Shown here in pieces: positions 1 to 7,333 of a DNA stretch of 11,267 nt; the first letter of the stretch is position 1; every line of letters begins with the position of its first letter. This stretch comes from Candidatus Micrarchaeia archaeon. GTDB taxonomy: Archaea > Micrarchaeota > Micrarchaeia > CABMEP01. The position numbers and the translations under genes are program-made. Under the pieces are notes generated by a model. That model made no database searches. It had not been told where the DNA came from and saw nothing but the letters and a program-made list of their open reading frames with translations. Location of the stretch: positions 1 through 11,267 of the forward strand of contig JAVZXS010000016.1 in NCBI GenBank assembly GCA_038886535.1. Reading direction: 5' to 3'.

Positions 1-1
1 A

Positions 2-952
2 GACTTAGATACAGAAGGAAGACCAAAGGTTCATTTGAATGGAGAAGAGATCGCAGAAATAGCTCTAGAAGCGGAGGCCTTGATAGGGCCTTCTCATGCA
101 TTTACGCCATGGACTTCTCTTTATAAGGAATTCAATTCATTCAAAGATTGCTATGGCAAGTATTCAGACAAAATCTATTTCCTTGAATTGGGTTTATCTG
201 CAGATACAGATATGGCAGATAGGATAGAGGAAATAAAAGATATAACATTCTTAAGTAACAGCGATGCACATAGCCCATGGCCTAATAAGATGGGAAGAGA
301 ATTCACTTCATTTGAGATGCAGGATATATCATTTGAAGAATTGAAGCTTGCTATAATGAGAAAAAAAGGAAGGAGACCGGTTCTTAATGTAAAATTCGAT
401 CCAAGAGAAGGAAAATATCATAGGACAAGATGCATGAATTGTCTGGTGTTCTATTCTCTTAAAGATGCAGAGTCTTTCAAATGGAGATGTCCAGTATGTC
501 ATAAGCCAATAAAAAAAGGAGTGGCAGAGAGGATAGAGGAATTAGCAAATGGGAGAGAAACTATTCACCCAGAGCATAGACCGAAATGTATCCATATCAT
601 CCCTCTGTCAGAAATAATTGCCATAGCCCATAATGTAAGAAGTCCGTATTCTCAAAAAGTACAGGAAATATGGCATAAGTATATTGAAAGCTTTGGAACT
701 GAAATAGACATCTTGATTAAAGCAGACATAAAGGATTTAGAAAGGATAGATAAAAATGTTTCAGAATTAATTTCTTCTTTCAGAGACAATAGATTCAAAT
801 ACATACCGGGGGGAGCAGGCCAATATGGAATTCCAGTTCCACCTGGAAAGAAAGCATCTTATAAAGTATGGAAGGGAAATAAGGTTGTCGAAGTAGATGT
901 CAATGATGAGGAAATATTTTCATCACAACCTTCAATAACTGATTTTATGTAG
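2..952 (+). CDS. Endonuclease Q / TIGR00375-family PHP-domain protein with C-terminal Zn finger (5'-truncated by window edge)
   Basis: Frame is open from base 2 (DLDTEGRPKVHLNGEE...), so the TTG at 35 is internal. Motifs GRP, HAFTPW, ELGLSAD, SNSDAHS..KMGRE, GKYH..RCxxC...CPxC, KGV..RI.EL and PGGAGQYG are characteristic of the EndoQ/TIGR00375 family. Confidence 0.9.
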   Translation, partial: DLDTEGRPKVHLNGEEIAEIALEAEALIGPSHAFTPWTSLYKEFNSFKDCYGKYSDKIYFLELGLSADTDMADRIEEIKDITFLSNSDAHSPWPNKMGREFTSFEMQDISFEELKLAIMRKKGRRPVLNVKFDPREGKYHRTRCMNCLVFYSLKDAESFKWRCPVCHKPIKKGVAERIEELANGRETIHPEHRPKCIHIIPLSEIIAIAHNVRSPYSQKVQEIWHKYIESFGTEIDILIKADIKDLERIDKNVSELISSFRDNRFKYIPGGAGQYGIPVPPGKKASYKVWKGNKVVEVDVNDEEIFSSQPSITDFM

Positions 953-1031
953 ATAAAAATAAGAATAAATACTTCAAAAACTACCCAAGTAATAAATTAA
1001 GTAACAAATAAAAGAGAATTAAAAAAGAAAA

Positions 1032-1286
1032 TTATGCAAAGCTCTTCTTGTCAACGATGACGTAGTCGGACGCTGCCAAGATTGCCGTGTATGGAATGTA
1101 TATCAAACCTTCTTCTTTCTTCATTCTTCTCATTGTTGGGTTGTCTGGGTTAGGTTCGACTACAAGCGTCTCGAGCTTGCCATTCTTCTCGTTGATCAAT
1201 ATGTCAACAAGTCTGCCTATCTCTTCACCGTCGTTTGTTATCAATTTTCTGCCTGCCAATTGGCGTGCTAATAGAAGCTTTACCAT
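1032..1286 (-). CDS. Small stand-alone PRC-barrel protein (CdpB-like archaeal cell-division accessory family)
   Basis: 84 aa with the PRC pattern L.G+.+.T.DG..IG.+.D+.I....G.+..LVV ... IPY..I....D.VIV. An SD (AGGTGG) lies just upstream of the ATG. Confidence 0.85.
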   Translation of the reverse strand: MVKLLLARQLAGRKLITNDGEEIGRLVDILINEKNGKLETLVVEPNPDNPTMRRMKKEEGLIYIPYTAILAASDYVIVDKKSFA

Positions 1287-1313
1287 GTGTCCACCTTTTA
1301 TTAGTATTTATAT

Positions 1314-1350
1314 GTGAGATTTAAAAATCTATCTAGATTTTTAATCTCAC
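1314..1350. repeat. Near-perfect inverted repeat upstream of the PRC-barrel gene
   Basis: GTGAGATTTAAAAATCTA-TC-TAGATTTTTAATCTCAC: 17 matched pairs, one bulged T, 2-nt centre. Confidence 0.9.
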
Positions 1351-1442
1351 TCGCCTCTAATTCTTATTTGCTGATATATATTTAAAATATTATCTTTTTT
1401 ATTTTATAAATCAATTAGTCAATAAAAATAAACTTAAAACAG

Positions 1443-1464
1443 AGAAAAGCAAATTTTTATATTA
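1443..1464 (+). promoter_or_regulatory. Probable BRE/TATA promoter of tRNA-Leu
   Basis: Purine-rich AGAAAAGCAAA followed by TTTTTATATTA, about 30-38 nt upstream of the mature tRNA 5' end. Confidence 0.5.
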
Positions 1465-1491
1465 TTTCAAATATATATTATGTTGTCCTGT

Positions 1492-1614
1492 GTGGGGATG
1501 GCAGAGCCTGGTCAAATGCGCAGGACTTAAGACCCTGGTACAGGCTTATTCCTTTATGGAAGTAGGAAATCCTGTGCCGTAGTGGCTACGTGGGTTCAAA
1601 TCCCACTCCCCACA
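1492..1614 (+). tRNA. tRNA-Leu(UAA) with a 37-nt intron at canonical position 37/38 (intron 1532-1568). CCA not encoded.
   Basis: Acceptor stem GTGGGGA/TCCCCAC, discriminator A1614, D arm GCAGAGCCTGGTCAAATGC, anticodon stem CAGGA/TCCTG with CT-TAA-G, long variable arm GCCG-TAG-TGGC, T arm GTGGG-TTCAAAT-CCCAC. BHB-like motif: central helix CTTA(1526-29)/TAGG(1563-66), bulges AG^A and AA^A. Confidence 0.95.
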
Positions 1615-1628
1615 TTCCACTCTCTACA

Positions 1629-1640
1629 TTTTTTTTCTTT
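1629..1640 (+). terminator. Oligo-T terminator after tRNA-Leu
   Basis: TTTTTTTTCTTT begins 15 nt after the discriminator base. Confidence 0.6.
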
Positions 1641-1683
1641 AGGATAACGTTAATTTTAAATATCTAGCAATTATATTAACTTT

Positions 1684-4600
1684 ATGAATCATTCGAATAG
1701 ATTTTCATTTTTTCCTTTATCATTCATCCTAATTATCTCGCTCATTCCATTAATATTTGCAGGTTATCCGATTATTTCACAAAGTCAAAGAGAGGCTGTC
1801 CCGATAAACGAGTCTTTAAGGAGCGTGGAAGGAGTTTATTCTGTTTTCCCATTTGTTGATTGTAGTTTAATACCTAATAGATATGGTGGATTTGGACATT
1901 GCAATGATTTTGTTGCTGATTTTTGTATAGATAAACAATTAGATCTTTCGCGGAGTATAATTCCACTTAATTCGGAAGAAAAAAACGAAATGAGATCAAT
2001 TCTAGCGAAATTAAAGTCTGCTGATGATTCTATAATAGCAATGAAGAATAAACTCTTCAGTTCTTTAGTGAAGAAGAATTGTACGTATGAAAATTTAATT
2101 TTATCCAGTCAATTAAAACATGTATTATCATTGAATGGAATTTCGTTAGTTTTTGATTATCTATTTTACAAGTATTTCAAAACTAATCCGATTAATTTTT
2201 ATGATTATTCTTTAAGAGTAACTTATTCTTGTGAAGGCATCGAAGTTCCAATTGTTTCTGATTTAATAGATATCTTAGTTGATTTTGTAATAAGTTTTGA
2301 TCGTTATCTGGAATACCAAACTTCAGCATATCAAAACGCAGCAGAGGCATTAAATAGTTTATTTGATTTAGTTATAAAACAAGCAGATTCTCTTTACTAT
2401 GAAGGCGCAGGATATTCGAATTACTCCACTTCAGCCTATAAATTCTATAATGAGAGGATAAAGTCATTCATCTATAAATCTAACCAAAACCAAATCGAAC
2501 CAACACAATCTGATTTGAATTCTCGAGATTTCTCCTCCTACTTTATATATGTTAGAAATATTAGTAAGAAAGTAAGCTCAGAACGAGTAAATAAACTTTC
2601 GAACTGTGAAATTGCAGTGATGTCATCTCCTCAATACATTATAGCGTTTAATTATTTGATAGATCTATATAGAGAGATTCAGGAAGCAAGGGCAACTTTG
2701 AGGTCGGATTATGATGTAGCAAAGTCTGAAGCAACACAGAAATTCATTGACGCACAGACAAGATACAATATTTTAATGAATGAGAAATATTGGCTTGTTA
2801 ATCAACCAATAGTGGCATATGCATTGAATTCATCCCAAGAAACAACAATGCAAGAAGGGTTGATCGTACCTTCAGATTCTTTAATGCAAATGAAAGAACT
2901 TTTGTATGGTTCGGGTTCATCTATAAGCGTGAAGAATCTTTTGGATGCAGCAAATAAGGATACAGATGATCAAGTAATATTCTATTATTCAAAGGGCATC
3001 GAAAAGTTTAGGAAAGCAACAGAACTATCGAAATTTGCAATCAATAACTCATACAAAATAGAGGTAGAATCTGATAACGTTCTAATTTCATTGAATGAAA
3101 AAGTAAGATACAAACTTGAATATGCACATAACAATCTAACTAAATATCCTGTTTATGATATAGCATCAGCTTCCGCTTATGAGTTATTGAATAATAAATA
3201 TCACGCAGCAGCTTCAATATATAATAATTACAATCCATCAAATACAACTAAAGGAGAGAGAATAGTTCAGCTATACAATGCAGCATTAATGCTTGATGAA
3301 GTAATCTCATTTGCTTCTATAAAGTCATCTGATATTATAGAATTAAAAAAGAAATCATTTAAAGAGGCATTAGATGAATTAAATGCAACAATAAAGAAAG
3401 CGCAAATGGATGAAATAGATATTACAGCTGAACTCCAATTATTAAATTCTAAGACTTTACTTTTAGGAATGAATGTTAATAACGTTTCATTCCTAGAAGA
3501 TTCGCTAAACGCTCTTATTCAGGCAAAAGAAGCTATATATTCAAAAGCAGAATTAATGTATTCAGATCTTCCATCCCTTAGGGCAAGAATTTATTCAATA
3601 ATTAATTCTATTTCACCTTACATGAACACAAACCAATACAGAACCACTATAGATCAAATAGATAGAATATACTTTATAGATGGAAGTTTTAATCCAAATA
3701 GATGCCTTGGAAACTATAAATCAATCAAAAACAATTATTCTGCTGTTTTAGAAGAGCTTAATAAAAATGCAGCATCGTTACTCTCAACATATCTATCAAA
3801 CAAATACAGCGCAAAGACATTATTTGATACAACACCACAAGTCGATTCCTATACAAATATAACAACATATTTAGAGATAAAGAATGATCTATCCTTAAGT
3901 ACTAATTCTCAAGTAGTTGTTCAGGTGAGAGGTATTCCATATGAAGTAAATAGTATTATTGAATCAGAAATTCCAGGTATATATGCAATAAAGAATAAAG
4001 ATTATGTTTCTATTTACTTCCCAACTATAAATAAAACTACAAACTATCTTTTAAAAATAAAATCCTATATTAAGCCATCTACTCTAGTTTCAAAGAAAAC
4101 TGAGAGATTAGTTCTTACAAATGAAAGATTGACAGAAAAAATTACATATGAAATTGATTCTATTTATGATATTGATTCATTAATTTTAACCGATAATTAT
4201 TGGGCTGATGAATGTTCTGTTTTTATGAATAATAGAATGCAAACTATAAGATCTTATTCTAATCTATCAATTTTACTTTCAAATGTAAAAACCGGTAAAC
4301 AATCAATTTATGCAACCTGTACTAAGAATAATCCGATTACATATTCTGCATCAGGATTTACAAGTTCTGATAATAAAATTTCATATACTTTACAAATAAA
4401 GAGTAATTATGAAGATTTGAATGACGTTGATTATGTATTAGAAATAATGGGTTCTGCAGACGAAATTCAATCTGATAGCATACGCGTTTATGATTCTAAA
4501 GGTCAAATAACAAAGAATTTCCAATTTTATAGAAGTGGTGATAAATATTATGCAAAATGGTTCATCCCAATACTTTCATCAGAATATCAGAATTATACCG

Positions 4601-5970
4601 TTTCATATGTGACTACAGATATTGTTTCTTACTATTCAAAATTAAAAAGCGAGATAGAGAATATATCTACATCCGAATCTATTGATGTTTCTTCTTACAT
4701 TAGAGATGCAACTTATCGTGCAAGTAGAGGAAAATATGACGAAGCAATAAATTCACTTGATAAGGCAAAGAAAGAAATATCACAAATTAGAACACAACGT
4801 TCAGAGAATTTATCACTTACAGAAAGACTCGATAAATTAAACAATAAAATTTTGCAACTTAAAAACAAATCAAATGAGATTTATTCGATAGCAATAAATC
4901 TTTCATTATCTGATATAAATGTAGAAGTTGCAAGGCAAATTGCAGAATTTGAGGCCGACTCACAATTGGCAAGAAATTATCTAGCGAAAGGAGACATTGC
5001 TAATGCAAAATCTTTAATCTCTAAGCTCGAAAAATTAGTTTCATCTACAAAAATTGATAACTCAATATATGCAAAAGAAAAGAAACTTTTAGATTCTTTA
5101 ATTCAAGCAGAAAGGAAAGTTGTAAGCATAGGTAAATTTACAGACATCTCTTCGCAGGTAGAAAGACTTAATAAGATAAAATCTTCTATTTCATTAGTAG
5201 AACCTGCAACAGCAGTCCAGGATTATTATACTGCATTAATAAATCTTAATAATGCATTTAATTTAATTAATGAAATAAATTCAGATATTGAAAACAGTTC
5301 AATTCAAATAAATGCACAACTTGAAGCTAAATTAAAAATTTCTAAAGAAGTTCTGAATAAATGGAAAAATAATAATAAAATTATTGTTAATGCATTTTCT
5401 ATAGATAAGAATTCACCTATAAAATCCATTCCAGAATCAATAGAGATATTAAATAAAATAAACATTACTGATTCGTTGGTAAATGAGCTTAATATATTAT
5501 ATTCAAAACTTAATGGATATAAATTAGATGAGAGAATAATTAATATCGCTGAATTTGAGGAATTAGATTCAAAGACAGATAAAATACAAAAAGATATTGA
5601 ATATTATGAGAAGCTAGTAGATCAATATAAGAGTGCATCAAATGAAATAATAAAAGATGCAGGTTTAATCTTCGAAGAAAAGCTAAATAAAGGTTCTGCG
5701 AATGAAAAGAAAAAAGTTGTAGATTTACAGCCAATTCTATCTTATGCGAAAGAATTGCATTCTGCAGGAATGTATCTAAATTCAATAATGTTAACCCAAT
5801 ATGCAAGAAACGAGCTAATTTCGATTCCATCAAATGAAGCAACTATAGATTTAACATTATTGGTGTACTTTGGAATAGTAATAATTGCGATAGCAATTAT
5901 ATTAAAAATAATATCAAGAAAAGAACCGCCAAAGATAGAGCGAAAGATAGAAAAAATTAAACTAGATTAA
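1684..5970 (+). CDS. Large (1428 aa) secreted, C-terminally anchored cell-surface protein of unknown function
   Basis: N-terminal signal peptide (..LSFILIISLIPLIFA^G), C-terminal TM helix (LTLLVYFGIVIIAIAIILKII) with a basic tail, about 20 N-x-S/T sequons, and helical regions flanking a beta-rich middle. TATA-like TTTTAAATA at about 1654-1662 with no SD suggests a leaderless transcript. Confidence 0.85.
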   Translation: MNHSNRFSFFPLSFILIISLIPLIFAGYPIISQSQREAVPINESLRSVEGVYSVFPFVDCSLIPNRYGGFGHCNDFVADFCIDKQLDLSRSIIPLNSEEKNEMRSILAKLKSADDSIIAMKNKLFSSLVKKNCTYENLILSSQLKHVLSLNGISLVFDYLFYKYFKTNPINFYDYSLRVTYSCEGIEVPIVSDLIDILVDFVISFDRYLEYQTSAYQNAAEALNSLFDLVIKQADSLYYEGAGYSNYSTSAYKFYNERIKSFIYKSNQNQIEPTQSDLNSRDFSSYFIYVRNISKKVSSERVNKLSNCEIAVMSSPQYIIAFNYLIDLYREIQEARATLRSDYDVAKSEATQKFIDAQTRYNILMNEKYWLVNQPIVAYALNSSQETTMQEGLIVPSDSLMQMKELLYGSGSSISVKNLLDAANKDTDDQVIFYYSKGIEKFRKATELSKFAINNSYKIEVESDNVLISLNEKVRYKLEYAHNNLTKYPVYDIASASAYELLNNKYHAAASIYNNYNPSNTTKGERIVQLYNAALMLDEVISFASIKSSDIIELKKKSFKEALDELNATIKKAQMDEIDITAELQLLNSKTLLLGMNVNNVSFLEDSLNALIQAKEAIYSKAELMYSDLPSLRARIYSIINSISPYMNTNQYRTTIDQIDRIYFIDGSFNPNRCLGNYKSIKNNYSAVLEELNKNAASLLSTYLSNKYSAKTLFDTTPQVDSYTNITTYLEIKNDLSLSTNSQVVVQVRGIPYEVNSIIESEIPGIYAIKNKDYVSIYFPTINKTTNYLLKIKSYIKPSTLVSKKTERLVLTNERLTEKITYEIDSIYDIDSLILTDNYWADECSVFMNNRMQTIRSYSNLSILLSNVKTGKQSIYATCTKNNPITYSASGFTSSDNKISYTLQIKSNYEDLNDVDYVLEIMGSADEIQSDSIRVYDSKGQITKNFQFYRSGDKYYAKWFIPILSSEYQNYTVSYVTTDIVSYYSKLKSEIENISTSESIDVSSYIRDATYRASRGKYDEAINSLDKAKKEISQIRTQRSENLSLTERLDKLNNKILQLKNKSNEIYSIAINLSLSDINVEVARQIAEFEADSQLARNYLAKGDIANAKSLISKLEKLVSSTKIDNSIYAKEKKLLDSLIQAERKVVSIGKFTDISSQVERLNKIKSSISLVEPATAVQDYYTALINLNNAFNLINEINSDIENSSIQINAQLEAKLKISKEVLNKWKNNNKIIVNAFSIDKNSPIKSIPESIEILNKINITDSLVNELNILYSKLNGYKLDERIINIAEFEELDSKTDKIQKDIEYYEKLVDQYKSASNEIIKDAGLIFEEKLNKGSANEKKKVVDLQPILSYAKELHSAGMYLNSIMLTQYARNELISIPSNEATIDLTLLVYFGIVIIAIAIILKIISRKEPPKIERKIEKIKLD

Positions 5971-6020
5971 AATCTGAATCCATATACAAAAATAAAAAAT
6001 AAGATTAAAAATTAAAAAGG

Positions 6021-6197
6021 TTAGTAGTCTTCGTCTTCGTATTCTTCTTCTTCGTCTATCCAATCGTCTTCAAATTCTTCCTCTTCATCTAGTTCTTCTT
6101 CCTCTTCTTCCTCTTCATCCTCATCTTCAAATTCTTCCTCTTCATCTAGTTCTTCTTCCTCTTCTTCCTCTAGTTTCTTAGGATTTCCTTTTGGCAT
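6021..6197 (-). CDS. 58-aa hyper-acidic microprotein (absent from ORF track): MPKGNPKKLEEEEEEELDEEEEFEDEDEEEEEEEELDEEEEFEDDWIDEEEEYEDEDY
   Basis: ATG at 6197 preceded by a strong SD (AAGGTGAGAAT-ATG), TAA at 6021-6023, synonymous variation in the Glu/Asp codons, an upstream BRE/TATA-like AAAAGATTTTTAATA and a downstream T-rich tract on the minus strand. Confidence 0.8.
   Translation of the reverse strand: MPKGNPKKLEEEEEEELDEEEEFEDEDEEEEEEEELDEEEEFEDDWIDEEEEYEDEDY
6067..6171. repeat. Perfect 48-nt direct repeat (6067-6114 and 6124-6171, period 57 nt = 19 codons) within the acidic microprotein gene
   Basis: TCTTCAAATTCTTCCTCTTCATCTAGTTCTTCTTCCTCTTCTTCCTCT occurs twice, in frame. Confidence 0.9.
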
Positions 6198-6307
6198 ATT
6201 CTCACCTTATAAGGTAAACTATCTGTGGTATATACATAATTAAGTATTAAAAATCTTTTTAATTTCACCAATTGGTTATATGTACTAACTAATCGATTTT
6301 ATATATT

Positions 6308-6817
6308 TTATAGTTTAATAGAATTTAATTTTATGTAGTCAACCTTTCTATTTTCTCTTACAATTGCAATAATAAGATTCTTTTTAGCAATTTGAGCAAC
6401 TCTTAGTAATCTATATATCTCCAATATAGTAATCTTTTCTCTCTCGGAAATCACTTCTATCAAGAAACTACTCTTTCCTTCGCCAGGTCTTATGCCTTTC
6501 TCATAAACCCTTAAAGGTGTTCCAAATCTATATCCAGATTTTAGTATATATCCTTTTTCTCTAAGATCTGAATAGACAATATATTTAATATCAATATCCT
6601 TTTCTTTCTTTATAAATTCTTTCATTAATTCTTTAAATTCAATTTTTTTATTCTTAGATTCTACCAATATTCTTTTGTTTTCTAACAAATACAATGCTTC
6701 ATATGGAGAAAGAATAAGTCTTTGTTCTTTGTCAAGAGTTCCATACCCTCTTTCCGTTAATACTTTAATTATTTTAGGATCTTCTTCAATAACAAAATTT
6801 TCCAGCAGATAAGCCAT
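6308..6817 (-). CDS. endA: tRNA-splicing endonuclease (EndA) family single-unit protein lacking the catalytic His, possibly a non-catalytic subunit or paralogue
   Basis: Motifs LSPYEALYL, VYSDLREKGY..KSG..FG..LRVY and RVA..AKK.LIIAIV. ATG 6817 preferred over GTG 6829 because the GGTGTGTGA SD-like sequence lies between them. Confidence 0.85.
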   Translation of the reverse strand: MAYLLENFVIEEDPKIIKVLTERGYGTLDKEQRLILSPYEALYLLENKRILVESKNKKIEFKELMKEFIKKEKDIDIKYIVYSDLREKGYILKSGYRFGTPLRVYEKGIRPGEGKSSFLIEVISEREKITILEIYRLLRVAQIAKKNLIIAIVRENRKVDYIKLNSIKL

Positions 6818-6873
6818 ACAATCACACACCTTATCTGAAAGTCAGTGAACATTATAATCATCGTATATTAAGC

Positions 6874-6881
6874 TTTATAAA
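6874..6881. promoter_or_regulatory. Palindromic TATA box (TTTATAAA) between the divergent endA-like and histone genes
   Basis: Self-complementary octamer in the 95-nt divergent intergenic region, about 30-40 nt upstream of the histone ATG. Confidence 0.55.
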
Positions 6882-6912
6882 TTTCTCTGATAAAATATAT
6901 TCGGTGATACTA

Positions 6913-7302
6913 ATGGCAGAAGAAGAAATGAAAGAGGAGATTAAAGAGCCAGTTGAAGGAGAGGCAGAAATTGCTCCAGAAGAAGATGAGAGGCTTCCTT
7001 TCCCAACTGCAAGAGTTGTAAGAATATTAAAAGAAAATATGACAAAACCACATCAAATAAAAGCAGAAGTAAAAATAGCAGCGAATGAATTTCTCGGTGA
7101 AATCCTAAAAGATATTGCAAAAGAAATGGATAAGGAAGAAGTTTTTACGCTTTCAACTGAGCACTTCAATAAAGCAATAAAGAAATATAAAATGATAGAG
7201 TACCAGCAAAAGAGGATTGAAAGAATAAAGAAGCTTCTTGAGAAACAGAAGGCAGAAGTAGAAGAAGTAATAATAGAGATTGATCTTTCAAGAGATCTCT
7301 AA
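6913..7302 (+). CDS. Histone-fold protein with acidic N-terminal tail and C-terminal coiled-coil helix (coiled-coil-type archaeal histone variant)
   Basis: LPFPTARVVRILKE matches the histone alpha1 pattern (LP.A.+.RI.K). It is followed by L1, a long alpha2, an L2 with T(L) and alpha3 (EHFNKAI), then a heptad helix (QQKRIERIKKLLEKQKAEVEEVIIEID). SD GGTGA at 6903-6907 favours ATG 6913. Confidence 0.8.
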   Translation: MAEEEMKEEIKEPVEGEAEIAPEEDERLPFPTARVVRILKENMTKPHQIKAEVKIAANEFLGEILKDIAKEMDKEEVFTLSTEHFNKAIKKYKMIEYQQKRIERIKKLLEKQKAEVEEVIIEIDLSRDL

Positions 7303-7333
7303 ATTTGTAATCCTTTTTTATTTTAGTGGTTAA

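Noticed and set aside
1590..5970. Integrated element at the tRNA-Leu 3' end carrying the large gene
   Set aside because: No integrase and no second copy of the tRNA 3' end (att repeat) was seen in the window.
6021..6180. Non-coding (TTC)n microsatellite or CRISPR-like repeat
   Set aside because: Variation is confined to codon-compatible changes in one open frame with an SD, start and stop. There is no repeat-spacer structure.
6838..6848. 11-mer AAAGTCAGTGA also found on the minus strand upstream of ftsY (10094-10104)
   Set aside because: A single short match, partly explained by the SD-like GTGA, and at non-equivalent positions. Likely chance.
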